A stretch of 63,215 nt of DNA, from the NCBI GenBank assembly GCA_030706785.1, contig JAUZNW010000001.1, forward strand, positions 1-63,215, in the 5' to 3' direction. Positions 1 through 8,940 of the stretch are shown piece after piece; position 1 is the stretch's first letter, and each line of letters starts with the position of its first letter. Below the pieces are notes generated by a model that saw only the letters and a program-made list of their open reading frames with translations, searched no databases and was not told the DNA's origin. A program made the translations under genes and the position numbers. This stretch comes from Bacteroidota bacterium (GTDB lineage Bacteria > Bacteroidota > Bacteroidia > Bacteroidales > VadinHA17).

Positions 1-357
1 AATAGTCGGATTCATTTTACCAGCTTCCAGCCTCAAGGGTATTCTACACTACTGGATAAATTATATCAATTATTTTCTTTCAGTGTTCTTATAGGTGAAT
101 CCTCAAAGAAAATATTTAATCAGCCTTAAACTTTGCAATGTGTTATAATACAGTCACATAAAAGCATGATGATAAAGCTGTTGAAATCACATAAACTACA
201 AAAATCTGAATTTTCCAAGTGAAATTTTCCTACTCTCCTCATTACCAGGCTTATAGCTATTACAAAAATCTAACCTTAATGGCTGGACGAGTTTGCAAAT
301 TGTGTGCAAATCAGAAACAAAAAAGGGAGTCGTATTCTCATAACTCCCTGATTATAT

Positions 358-434
358 TGGTGATTCCGGCGCGATTCGAACGCGCGACCCACAGCTTAGA
401 AGGCTGTTGCTCTATCCAGCTGAGCTACGGAACC
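358..434 (-). tRNA. tRNA-Arg (anticodon TCT), 77 nt with encoded CCA
   Basis: The minus-strand read GGTTCCG-TA-GCTC-AGCTGGATA-GAGC-A-ACAGC-CTTCTAA-GCTGT-GGGTC-GCGCG-TTCGAAT-CGCGC-CGGAATC-A-CCA folds as a canonical cloverleaf. It has a 7-bp acceptor with one G-U, a 4-bp D stem and a 5-bp anticodon stem. The loop CUUCUAA gives anticodon UCU, and a GTTCGAAT T-loop is present. Confidence 0.93.
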
Positions 435-451
435 AAAATATATTATAACAA

Positions 452-564
452 CGAACACACGACCCATCACGCATGGCGTGATTGCTCTATTCCCGATCCC
501 GATGAATCGGGATCGAGGATCCTCGTCACGCTTTGCGTGACGGGACCAGGTGAGCTACGGAACC
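452..564 (-). pseudogene. Degenerate tRNA-Arg-like copy interrupted or replaced by hairpin modules, about 17 nt upstream of the functional tRNA-Arg
   Basis: The minus-strand read is GGTTCCGTAGCTCACCTGG-[55-nt insert]-ATAGAGCAA-[TCACGCCATGCGTGA]-TGGGTCGTGTGTTCG. It aligns to the adjacent tRNA in three blocks (18/19, 9/9 and 13/15 identical). The D-loop carries a 55-nt hairpin insert (491-545). The 15-nt anticodon arm is replaced by a 15-nt TCACGC/GCGTGA hairpin (467-481). The 3' T-stem and acceptor strand are absent. Confidence 0.6.
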
Positions 565-575
565 TGATGATGGCG

Positions 576-583
576 CAAAAATA
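576..583 (-). promoter_or_regulatory. Candidate Bacteroidota sigma-A -7 box (TATTTTTG, matching TAnnTTTG) for the tRNA-like/tRNA-Arg transcript
   Basis: The reverse complement of caaaaata is TATTTTTG. It lies 11 nt upstream of the 5' end of the tRNA-like copy at 564. This is a motif match only. Confidence 0.35.
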
Positions 584-662
584 GTACTTTTTCTGTCATT
601 CCGAACGATGGGAGAAATCAACCAGCAACAAGCCACCCAGCTACCAGCAACTGTTTTTAGAT

Positions 663-2447
663 TCACAATGCTTTCAAATAATTGACCAGCCCCTTCATCT
701 CAATAATATCCCGCAGCTTCCCGGGAAGCGGCTGGAAATTAAAGGTCCTGTCTGCAATATGGATCTTCCCGGATTCAAAATCGATCTCTGCCCTGTCTCC
801 GGGCTTATACGCCTCTACTGCTTCCTTATGAACTATTACTGGCAGACCCTGGTTGATTGACGATCTGTAAAAGATCCGGTTTACAGACTTGACAATGACG
901 GCCCGTATCCCTGCATGGGCAAACCCGACCGATGGATGCTCACGTGAGCTTCCGCATCCGAAATTATCACCTGCAATTATTATATCACCCGGTTTTACAT
1001 TTGTCTTGAATGCCGGATCGAAATCCTCAAAAAGATGCTGTACAACAGCGGCAGGATCTGAACTCAGAACATTATACGTAAATCTCCCCGGAAACATCTG
1101 GTCAGTGTTCAGGTTATCAATATCGTTGTAATTCCAGACATTTACATGTTTTCTGTTCTCACCCGGCTTTATTTCATAAGTCCTGCCTTCTTTAACTGTG
1201 TATGGATATTCTGAGTAAGCTTTAACCTTCCTGGGATCAGTGATAACACCCGTGAGTGCTGATGAAGCCACTGTAGCCGGAGATCCAAGATAAATTGAGG
1301 CTTCCTTGTTACCCATCCTTCCGAGGAAATTACGGTTGGCGGTGGAGATGACCGTATGTCCGCTGGCAGGAATGCCCAAACCCGTACCAAGGCAGGCTCC
1401 GCAGGAGGGAGTCAGTACATTCGCTCCGGATTCGAGGAATACAGTGACCAGCCCTTCTTCAATTGCCCGGAGCATTATCTTATCAGAAGCCGGAATGACA
1501 TTCAGCTGAAAGCCCTTCCTGATTTTCTTCCCTTTGAGGATACCTGCAGCTATCCTGAGGTCTTCAATGCGACCGTTTGTGCAGGTCCCGATCAATCCCT
1601 CCTGAACAATGACGGACGATACCTCAGATACAGACTTAACATTGTCCACACTGTGCGGCGCTGAAACAACCGGGAAAATCTCATTCATATTAAGGTCGAT
1701 CACTCTGGCGTAAACAGCATCTTTATCTGCCCATACCGGATCAGTTTTTTCCGCTTTGGCGTCATAAAATTCCTTCAGTGTCTCATCAGCCTGAAAAACA
1801 GCATTCTTCGCACCCATTTCGGATGACATGTTTGCAATTGTCATTCTGTCGGAAATTGTAAGATTTTTAATGCCATTACCATGGAACTCTACAGACATGT
1901 AATTAGCTCCATCAGCCCCGAGCATGCCTATTATCCAGAGGATAAGATCCTTCGCGTAAACACCTGGTTTAAGCTTACCTGAAAGGTTTATCTTTATAGA
2001 TTCAGGAACCCTGAACCAGGTCTCTCCCCGTTTCCAGATTCCGGCTGACTCAGTTCTGTCGATACCGGTTGCAAAAGCGTTAAATGCACCGGCAGTACAG
2101 GTATGACTGTCGCTTCCCACAATAAGCATCCCGGGTTTTGCATGGTATGCCATTATCTGGTGACAGATGCCCCGGCCCGCATCATAGAATTTACTTATCC
2201 CCTGATCATCAACAATATCCCTTATTTCCTGATACTGGGTTGCCAGCTTTGCGTCTGCAGGCGGTGCATTATGATCGAGCGCTATAAGCATTTGTCCGGG
2301 ATCAGCAACCCTGACTCCTCCCATTTTCTGGAAAGTCTTATAAATACTTGCAGTATTATCATGGGTAAGAATAATATCAGGATGGGCAAAAACTATATCT
2401 CCTGCCCCTGCACCAAATATCTTCTCCGCAAATGTCATCGGCTTCAT
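663..2447 (-). CDS. Fused aconitase-family dehydratase (LeuC/HacA-like large-subunit domain plus LeuD/HacB-like small-subunit domain)
   Basis: 594-aa ORF. The N-terminal ~420 aa carry large-subunit motifs THDNT, GSDSHTCTAGA, GTCTNGRIEDL and PSCGACLG (Fe-S Cys ligands). The C-terminal ~165 aa carry the small-subunit motif GDNFGCGSSREH. Confidence 0.85.
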   Translation of the reverse strand: MKPMTFAEKIFGAGAGDIVFAHPDIILTHDNTASIYKTFQKMGGVRVADPGQMLIALDHNAPPADAKLATQYQEIRDIVDDQGISKFYDAGRGICHQIMAYHAKPGMLIVGSDSHTCTAGAFNAFATGIDRTESAGIWKRGETWFRVPESIKINLSGKLKPGVYAKDLILWIIGMLGADGANYMSVEFHGNGIKNLTISDRMTIANMSSEMGAKNAVFQADETLKEFYDAKAEKTDPVWADKDAVYARVIDLNMNEIFPVVSAPHSVDNVKSVSEVSSVIVQEGLIGTCTNGRIEDLRIAAGILKGKKIRKGFQLNVIPASDKIMLRAIEEGLVTVFLESGANVLTPSCGACLGTGLGIPASGHTVISTANRNFLGRMGNKEASIYLGSPATVASSALTGVITDPRKVKAYSEYPYTVKEGRTYEIKPGENRKHVNVWNYNDIDNLNTDQMFPGRFTYNVLSSDPAAVVQHLFEDFDPAFKTNVKPGDIIIAGDNFGCGSSREHPSVGFAHAGIRAVIVKSVNRIFYRSSINQGLPVIVHKEAVEAYKPGDRAEIDFESGKIHIADRTFNFQPLPGKLRDIIEMKGLVNYLKAL

Positions 2448-2471
2448 ATTCTCTCTGTTTTATAATGATGA

Positions 2472-4283
2472 TTACAGAAGTCCTCCATTTTTGTAGATCT
2501 CGTACTGGACCTCTGAAAAAGGTTCAGAATGTACACTTTTACCTGTTCTCAGGCTGGTTATTTCACCTGTAAGAAAATTTATCCTTACGTTATCATTTTC
2601 AGTTAATTCCAGTTCTGAAATGTTATTGCAGGCAAGGATCGGAAAAGCTGCGTTTATGGCATTCCTTTCATAAATGGCACCGAAAGACTCGGCGACTATA
2701 GCCTGTATCCCCAGTGATATAAAGCAATCGACTGCCTGCTGGCGGGAGCTTCCTGAACCGAAATTCCTGCCCGCAATGACTATATCACCTCGATGAGCTT
2801 CACTTGCAAAGTTCCTTAATCCCTCGAGGTTGTCAAATGTGTACTGACCCATTTCCTTTATTTCGGTAACTGAAAGGTACCTGTTATGATAGATCATATC
2901 AGTATCTATGTTGTCTTTTCTGATGACCCAGGCTCTTCCTTCCACAATATTAGGTCTTTCTGCAGCTTTTGATTCCCCGGGCTTCTTTGATGTCTGATCC
3001 GGGGTTGATGGTTTAATTAAGAACAGGGCGGGTTCTGCCGGTATCCTGTCAGGTGTTGTGATAAATCCTGCAATTGCAGATGCAGCAACTATCTCCGGAG
3101 ACGCCAGGTAAACGCTCCCTTTTCCCTGCTTCCCCGGAAAATTCCTGTTTCCTGTACTTACAGTCACCTCACCGGGACCGTTCTGGCCTACCTGTCCTTC
3201 TGCACAACCAGCACATCCTGCATTTGAAACAAGCGCTCCTGATCTCTTGAAGATATCTATCAACCCTTTCTCAAGACATTCTTTCCATACGGAATCGGTA
3301 GCCGGAACAATTTTCAGGACAACCCCCGGAGCTACTTTTTTCCCTTTAAGGATATCAGCTGCTTTCTGCATATCTTCGATCCGGCCGTTGGTACAGCTTC
3401 CGATGAAGCCAGAGTCGATTTTCACACTATACAATTCAGAAGCATCAACAGCATCATGCGGTTGCCCGGGACGGGAAATCATTTGCCTGAAATCCGGTGC
3501 ATTCAAATCAAAGGTCCTGCTGTAAAAGGCATCCTGATCAGCATAAACAGGTTTTATGTCCTTTTTAAATCGTTCTTTGAAATAACTGATGATCTGTCCG
3601 GATGGAGGGAAAAGGATTATTATCGCCCCCATTTCAGTCGCCATTGATGATATTGTGATCCTCTCATCAAGCGAAAGGTTTCCTGCAGCTTTACCGTATA
3701 TTTCAACCGAACATCCGAGCAGTGAATTCGCACCGAATATCTTAAGGAGATTTAAAACAATGTCCTTTGCACTGACACTTGAAGGCAGATCTCCATTCAG
3801 ATTGATTTTCACCGATTCCGGGATCTTGAACCATATCTTCCCCTTGTTCCACGCTGCTGCAATATCCATGTCGCCCATGCCCTGACCGAATGCACCGACA
3901 GCACCGAGTATGTTCGCATGGGAATCGGTCGATACAGCTGTTACCCCCGGATAAACGATCCCTTCCTCGATAAGGATATGTGTACCTATTCCGGAATTAA
4001 TATCATAGACCTTCAATCCCTTTTCCCTGGCAAACAACCGGCATAAATGCTGATTTACCGCGTATTTCTGATCCGATCCTGCAGGATTGCAATCGAATGT
4101 AAAAAAGGTTCTCTGCGGATCCTCAATTTCCAGTCCCTTTTCCCTTATCTTTTTTACTACATTCGCACCGCCAAAATCACGCGCAACCCTGACATCAATA
4201 AAGATATCGACGATATCACCCGGCCTGACAATTTCCTGTCTGGAATGGCTTGCCAGGATCTTTTCAAGCATAGTCATTGCCAT
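2472..4283 (-). CDS. Second fused aconitase-family dehydratase, paralog of the preceding gene
   Basis: Motifs are STDSHANILGA, GSCTNGRIEDM, AGCAGCAEG and a C-terminal GRNFGSGSSRQQA. The ORF-track start at 4310 is TTG. In-frame ATGs at 4283 or 4277 (MAMTMLEKIL) are more plausible starts. Confidence 0.8.
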   Translation of the reverse strand: MAMTMLEKILASHSRQEIVRPGDIVDIFIDVRVARDFGGANVVKKIREKGLEIEDPQRTFFTFDCNPAGSDQKYAVNQHLCRLFAREKGLKVYDINSGIGTHILIEEGIVYPGVTAVSTDSHANILGAVGAFGQGMGDMDIAAAWNKGKIWFKIPESVKINLNGDLPSSVSAKDIVLNLLKIFGANSLLGCSVEIYGKAAGNLSLDERITISSMATEMGAIIILFPPSGQIISYFKERFKKDIKPVYADQDAFYSRTFDLNAPDFRQMISRPGQPHDAVDASELYSVKIDSGFIGSCTNGRIEDMQKAADILKGKKVAPGVVLKIVPATDSVWKECLEKGLIDIFKRSGALVSNAGCAGCAEGQVGQNGPGEVTVSTGNRNFPGKQGKGSVYLASPEIVAASAIAGFITTPDRIPAEPALFLIKPSTPDQTSKKPGESKAAERPNIVEGRAWVIRKDNIDTDMIYHNRYLSVTEIKEMGQYTFDNLEGLRNFASEAHRGDIVIAGRNFGSGSSRQQAVDCFISLGIQAIVAESFGAIYERNAINAAFPILACNNISELELTENDNVRINFLTGEITSLRTGKSVHSEPFSEVQYEIYKNGGLL

Positions 4284-4330
4284 CTGAAAAATAATTTCAT
4301 TTCTGGGCAAAGTAACTAAGAATCGGCGAA

Positions 4331-5287
4331 TTATTTGAACTGGGCTCTGTAATCTCTTGGCGACAGACCTTCGGTCCTCAGAAATTGCTTATTGAAATTT
4401 GATATGCTTGAGAATCCGCATTCGGCAGCTACCTTGTGGATCTGGTATTCAGTTTCACGAAGCAGGTAGCAGGCCTTGTTAAGCCTTACCCTGTTCAGGT
4501 ATTCAATAAATCCTGCACCGCAGTTCTTTTTGAAGTACCTGCTGAACGCGTAGGGACTCAAATGGGCCACCCTTGATATTCTCTCCAGCGAGATGTTTTT
4601 AGAATAGTTTTCCCTTATGTAGTTATATACTGCCGTCATTTTCTTGTTTCCGCGTTCGTCAAATGCCTGCTTGTAGTTCTCGGAACAAAGCGTGCTTCTT
4701 TTTTCTGAGGTGCATAAAATTTTCAGGAGGCTGAAGAAATGTATGACTTTTTCGATACCCTTGCTGGCTATCATTCGTGTCAGGCAGACTTCTGCATTTT
4801 TAGCATCTTCAACAGAAAAAGCCAGTCCTCTCTCAGATTCTATAAGCAGTTTTTTAACAGTGTGCATTTCATGCTGTGACAGGAGAGCCTCGCCCAGGGA
4901 TGAAAGCTTGAAATGAAGGGTTATTCCCCTGTCCTGAGGGGTTAAAGGCTTAATTTTATAGTAATTCCAGCAGTGAGGGATATTGCTTGCTATCAGCACC
5001 AGGTCGTACTGGTCAAAAAGTTCGACACTGTCACCGACAATCCGTGTACCGTTGCTTTTTGTATTCAGGGTAATCTCATATTCAGGGTGAAAATGCCAGA
5101 ACCCGTTTGTGTCGGTTATGTATTCAGCCCTGAAGCCTCCTGAATCATCATATGAAATCTTCTCGAGTTCAGCGACCATTGTTGTTAGAACAATAGTGAA
5201 TATCAGGTTACTATCAAATTTAAACAATATTTTGTCAACTCCCTGTATGCTTTCATCAATATAAAACACTATTTCATCAAGGAACAT
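4331..5287 (-). CDS. AraC-family transcriptional regulator (cupin-like N-domain plus double HTH)
   Basis: 318-aa ORF. The C-terminus (ISLERISRVAHLSPYAFSRYFKK ... GFSSISNFNKQFLRTEGLSPRDYR) is a typical AraC HTH pair. It lies directly upstream of, and co-directional with, the two dehydratase genes. Confidence 0.85.
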   Translation of the reverse strand: MFLDEIVFYIDESIQGVDKILFKFDSNLIFTIVLTTMVAELEKISYDDSGGFRAEYITDTNGFWHFHPEYEITLNTKSNGTRIVGDSVELFDQYDLVLIASNIPHCWNYYKIKPLTPQDRGITLHFKLSSLGEALLSQHEMHTVKKLLIESERGLAFSVEDAKNAEVCLTRMIASKGIEKVIHFFSLLKILCTSEKRSTLCSENYKQAFDERGNKKMTAVYNYIRENYSKNISLERISRVAHLSPYAFSRYFKKNCGAGFIEYLNRVRLNKACYLLRETEYQIHKVAAECGFSSISNFNKQFLRTEGLSPRDYRAQFK

Positions 5288-5374
5288 GAAAATACTACAA
5301 GCAATATTTTTTCTTATTGCTTTGATTATAATATTATTTTTTATAAATTTGTTCCTAGCTCATGCTATTGGTAT

Positions 5375-5562
5375 AAGAGGAGAAAGAAAGGGTTGAGAGT
5401 GAAAATCATCAGGATTGTATTGCAGACATTGACTTTCACATCTGGAACCTAAGGATCAGCGCCAGCTTACCATGGTTCCGTCCTTTTATCAGACAGTAGA
5501 CACGGGAATTATCTCACTAATAAAGCCCGCTCCCTGATTTTCACACAACCCTCTCTCCTCTT
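5375..5562. repeat. Imperfect long-range inverted repeat (arms 5375-5413 and 5532-5562) enclosing a 118-nt core with an internal GGAACC/GGTTCC hairpin; MITE-like or structured RNA
   Basis: The left arm is aagaggagaaagaaagggttgagagtgaaaatcatcagg. The reverse complement of the right arm is aagaggagagagggttgtgtgaaaatcaggg. They give about 27 paired positions in four helical segments (9+6+7+5). The element lies in the 420-bp araC/bioG divergent spacer. Confidence 0.55.
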
Positions 5563-5706
5563 ATTTTTTTATCCCCTTTATACTTAAATATTTCTACATT
5601 TCCGGCGCTTTTGATTTAAATTCCTAACAATATGATTAAAATTCTGTTATCTTTGTTCATACCGCATATCCGGGGAACCTGACCGAGAACTTTACATTAT
5701 TGCTGA

Positions 5707-6432
5707 ATGAAAACCTACATCAGGAGGAGGGAAAAGAACGATAACCTGATTGTTCTCTATGGAGGCTGGGGTACTGACGAAAACGTTTTTGCTCCATCAT
5801 GCAATGATGATTTTGATTTTATCCTCTTTTACAACTATTCAGCTGATGAAGCCCTTGTACTTCCTGAAACAAAAACCTACAAGTCCGTTATCCTTATAGG
5901 CTGGTCACTTGGAGTATGGGCCGCCGAATACCTTTCGCCCAGGACCGGGATAAAGCCTGACATCACTATCGCAGTCAACGGAACGCCTGTTCCTGCTGAC
6001 AATCATTACGGCATTCCCCTGAAAGTCTTTGAAGGCACGCTCAACAATATCAACGAGCTGAGCATGGAGAAGTTCTATCTCAGGATGTTTGGAAACAAGA
6101 AAAATTATCTCAGGAACATTGACAGGATCCCGCACAGATCAATGAAATCGCTTCATGACGAGCTGAGATGGCTGTACAACAGGATAATGGAGCAGACGGA
6201 CTCAGGATTCAGGTGGGATTATGCTGTCATAAGCGAAGGAGACAGGGTTTTCCCGGCTAAAAATATGAATGAGTACTGGCAGAAGAGACCTGATACCAGG
6301 CATATTGTCCTGCCTCTTCCTCACTATTTCTTCCACGAATGGAACTCTTTCCTTGATTTTGCCGAATACGTAAAAACATTCGGTGAAAAAAAGAGAGCCA
6401 AGGCTGCAAGGCAAAAACTCCCGGCCACGTGA
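5707..6432 (+). CDS. bioG: Pimeloyl-ACP methyl ester esterase BioG-like (DUF452 alpha/beta hydrolase)
   Basis: The 241-aa ORF aligns by eye with Haemophilus BioG. LIVLYGGWGT matches LILYFAGWGT, IGWSLGVWAAE matches VAWSMGVWVAE (nucleophile elbow), and AVNGTPVPADNHYGIPLKVFEGTLNNI matches AVNGTGLPCDDSFGIPYAVFKGTLENL. Confidence 0.8.
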   Translation: MKTYIRRREKNDNLIVLYGGWGTDENVFAPSCNDDFDFILFYNYSADEALVLPETKTYKSVILIGWSLGVWAAEYLSPRTGIKPDITIAVNGTPVPADNHYGIPLKVFEGTLNNINELSMEKFYLRMFGNKKNYLRNIDRIPHRSMKSLHDELRWLYNRIMEQTDSGFRWDYAVISEGDRVFPAKNMNEYWQKRPDTRHIVLPLPHYFFHEWNSFLDFAEYVKTFGEKKRAKAARQKLPAT

Positions 6433-6460
6433 TTGATTCTCTTAAAAGAGGGATAAGCGG

Positions 6461-7816
6461 TTAAAGATCCTTTACAAGTATATTGGAATTCGAAGCGGAA
6501 ATCATGCTGTCGAACTTCTCGAGCATGGATGTTATTTTATTATACTCCTTGCTCTTTACAAAGATCTGATGTTCAGTGCCTTTTTTGTCGAGGCGTTCCA
6601 GAACGAAGCTCACGGTCATCCTGTTGATATCCATTGCAGGCTGGAACAATCTCTCTGCATGCTCATTTTCATGGATCATGGAGACCAGGCTGACACCGGC
6701 AAGATCCTGAAGGATATCCATCACAAGTCTAACAGGGATCTTGAGGGCAGCTGAGATTTTTTCCGCTCCTATCGGTTTTTCTCCGGCCGAGAAGTTCTTC
6801 GTGACTATGTTCATGATCATCAGCACCAACGCCCGCTTCTCATAATTACTCACATTAAGCGCTTCAGATTCATACTCATAGCGTGAAACATTCTGGTTCG
6901 CAAAAGAAAGCTCCGCACCTATAAGCACGATAGTCCAGCTTGCCTGAAGCCATATTATGAAAAGAGGGATTGCAGCAAAGCTTCCGTAGATTGTGCTCAA
7001 TTTCGAAATCCCGAACTGAAGGTCGATATAAAGCCACTGCAGAAACTGAAGAACCGTACCTACAATTATGCCTGATACTAGAGCAGGAAGGAACTTCACC
7101 TTTGTATTGGGCATAATCATGAACAGAATTGTCAACCCTATTGCTGACAAAAGATATGGAGCCAGTTTTACAAGGAATGTGACCATTGGTTTAAAAACAT
7201 CAAGGATCGACGATCTTGTGATAAAACCTGCCAGGTCAGTGCTGATAAAAACCGTAATGCTGCTCGAGAGTATCAGGAAAACGGGTGCAATAAGCATTAT
7301 TGTAAGGTAATCCGTGAATTTACGGTACCATGGCCTTGATGACCTGATCTGCCAGATATGGTTAAATGAACTTTCAATCTGCTGGAGCAATGACATGACT
7401 GACCAGAACAGAATGATCACACCCACACCGGCAATATAACCTCCTCTTGTCTGCTGAAGTGCATTCCTGGCTTCCGTCAGCAGCCAGTTCAGAACCTCGG
7501 GCTGAGACTGAAATTCCTTTGTTACAAGTTGTTCCAGATTCTGGTCAAGTCCAAAGCCTTTTGCTATTGCGAAAGCAATTGCTGCCAGAGGAATTATTGT
7601 CAGTAGCGAATAAAACGTAAGTGAAGATGCCCTTAGCTGGACTTTATCGTTCATAAAGCCCCTTGCAGCAAGCACTGCTATCCGAAGCTGTTTTATCAGG
7701 AAGGATTTACCCCTTGATATATCAGATAATGATGTATGCCATATAACATCATTTATGTGCTTGATTTTGTCAAGGGTCCATTTCACCGGCTTTGCCATAT
7801 CCTTAACCTGATTCAT
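6461..7816 (-). CDS. YihY/BrkB-family integral membrane protein with a C-terminal soluble extension
   Basis: 451-aa ORF. The N-terminus (FLIKQLRIAVLAARGFMNDKVQLRASSLTFYSLLTIIPLAA) is typical of the YihY family. It has about 6 hydrophobic helices followed by a ~110-aa hydrophilic tail. Confidence 0.8.
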   Translation of the reverse strand: MNQVKDMAKPVKWTLDKIKHINDVIWHTSLSDISRGKSFLIKQLRIAVLAARGFMNDKVQLRASSLTFYSLLTIIPLAAIAFAIAKGFGLDQNLEQLVTKEFQSQPEVLNWLLTEARNALQQTRGGYIAGVGVIILFWSVMSLLQQIESSFNHIWQIRSSRPWYRKFTDYLTIMLIAPVFLILSSSITVFISTDLAGFITRSSILDVFKPMVTFLVKLAPYLLSAIGLTILFMIMPNTKVKFLPALVSGIIVGTVLQFLQWLYIDLQFGISKLSTIYGSFAAIPLFIIWLQASWTIVLIGAELSFANQNVSRYEYESEALNVSNYEKRALVLMIMNIVTKNFSAGEKPIGAEKISAALKIPVRLVMDILQDLAGVSLVSMIHENEHAERLFQPAMDINRMTVSFVLERLDKKGTEHQIFVKSKEYNKITSMLEKFDSMISASNSNILVKDL

Positions 7817-7857
7817 CGGGGCTCAAATATACTAAATACGTCAATATGGTCCGATTA

Positions 7858-8814
7858 TTATATCGAATCAGGCGGTATGTTGAAGAATGGCAATATCTTT
7901 CTCCTCCGGTGGATCTCCCTGTACGTGCAGAACATGCTGATCTTGTAAAGTTCAAAAAGTGGCAGACAGGCTTTAGCTGAATCAAGGCGTATTTCCATTC
8001 TTTCTCTGTACCGGATGAACACGCCTGCCAGAATCCTGGTAAGGTGGAAAAACCTTAATGCCCTGTAAATACGAAGCAGCCTTACTGTTGAATAAAATGT
8101 CCATTTATCTGTAACAATATCATAAAGCTTGCTCAGGTTTTCAATGCTGGCTTTCGTCTTGGTAAGATATTCCTTGTTTGATTCAAGACCTTCATGAATT
8201 AATCCGTTGTCGATATGGAAGATCCCAATTCCTGCTTTTTTCAGCTGGTAGCTGAAGAGAGTGTCCTCATGACCATATTGCTTGAGCTCTTCATAAAATC
8301 TAAGCTTGGAAAAAATTGTCCTGTCAATCAGAACATTAAAAGTAGAAAAGCTGGAATAAGGATGCTTGTTCCTGTCACGTGCCTTTAACTGTTCTCTCTT
8401 CCTTCCGTATTTCCACCTGAGGATCTTATCGGGGTCGCCCGGACGGCTGGCCTTGTAAAGTATCCCGCCGCAGATAACTCTTCCCGAGGAGATATTATCG
8501 AGCCAGTTATGCATATACATCTCCGCTGTGCCAGGAATCATTGTATCAGCATCGATAAACAAAAGATAGTCGCCTGTCGATTCTGAAATGAGGCGGTTCC
8601 TGATCGAAGCCCTGCCTATGTTCTTTTCCGCTGAAACGACTTTGACTTTATCTCCGGCAAGCAAATTGTATTTCTTCCTGAACTCTTCAGATGAACCATC
8701 GTCTCCAATAATGATCTCACAGAACTCCGGGACCTTTTCCATTCCATCCTTCATGCTGTGAACCAGGGCAACAATATCATAATCATTCACCGGAATCAGG
8801 ATAGAAATCTTCAT
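7858..8814 (-). CDS. Family-2 glycosyltransferase
   Basis: 318-aa ORF. It has MKISILIPVNDYD, IIIGDDGSSEE and LLFIDADT (DxD), typical of the GT-A/GT2 fold. Confidence 0.8.
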   Translation of the reverse strand: MKISILIPVNDYDIVALVHSMKDGMEKVPEFCEIIIGDDGSSEEFRKKYNLLAGDKVKVVSAEKNIGRASIRNRLISESTGDYLLFIDADTMIPGTAEMYMHNWLDNISSGRVICGGILYKASRPGDPDKILRWKYGRKREQLKARDRNKHPYSSFSTFNVLIDRTIFSKLRFYEELKQYGHEDTLFSYQLKKAGIGIFHIDNGLIHEGLESNKEYLTKTKASIENLSKLYDIVTDKWTFYSTVRLLRIYRALRFFHLTRILAGVFIRYRERMEIRLDSAKACLPLFELYKISMFCTYREIHRRRKILPFFNIPPDSI

Positions 8815-8940
8815 TTCGAACGAAGGTGAGGGTTATCATGCCAAAAATACAATTTATTTCGAACATTCGGATTTCCGGCTTTGGCAAAGAAATTGCAATG
8901 ACTAATTTTGCTATCAATTAATTTTAGCCGCATCCGCTAT

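Noticed and set aside
1-15. Possible minus-strand gene start (ATGAATCCGACTATT read on the reverse complement) leaving the window
   Set aside because: Only five codons are visible, so there is no way to support a gene call.
219-584. 121-aa plus-strand ORF from the ORF track
   Set aside because: It runs antisense straight through the tRNA-Arg gene and the tRNA-like hairpin region. Its sequence is low-complexity and reflects RNA-gene palindromes. It is almost certainly non-coding.
358-662. The tRNA-adjacent duplication considered as an attL/attR scar of an integrative element
   Set aside because: Integrases duplicate the 3' portion of the tRNA, whereas the copy here retains the 5' two-thirds and lacks the 3' end. 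The window has no integrase, excisionase or mobility gene.
5648-5655. TATCTTTG as a -7 promoter box for the bioG-like gene
   Set aside because: It matches TAnnTTTG and is sensibly placed about 50 nt upstream of the ATG. But such 8-mers are frequent in AT-rich spacers and nothing else supports it, so I did not list it as a feature.
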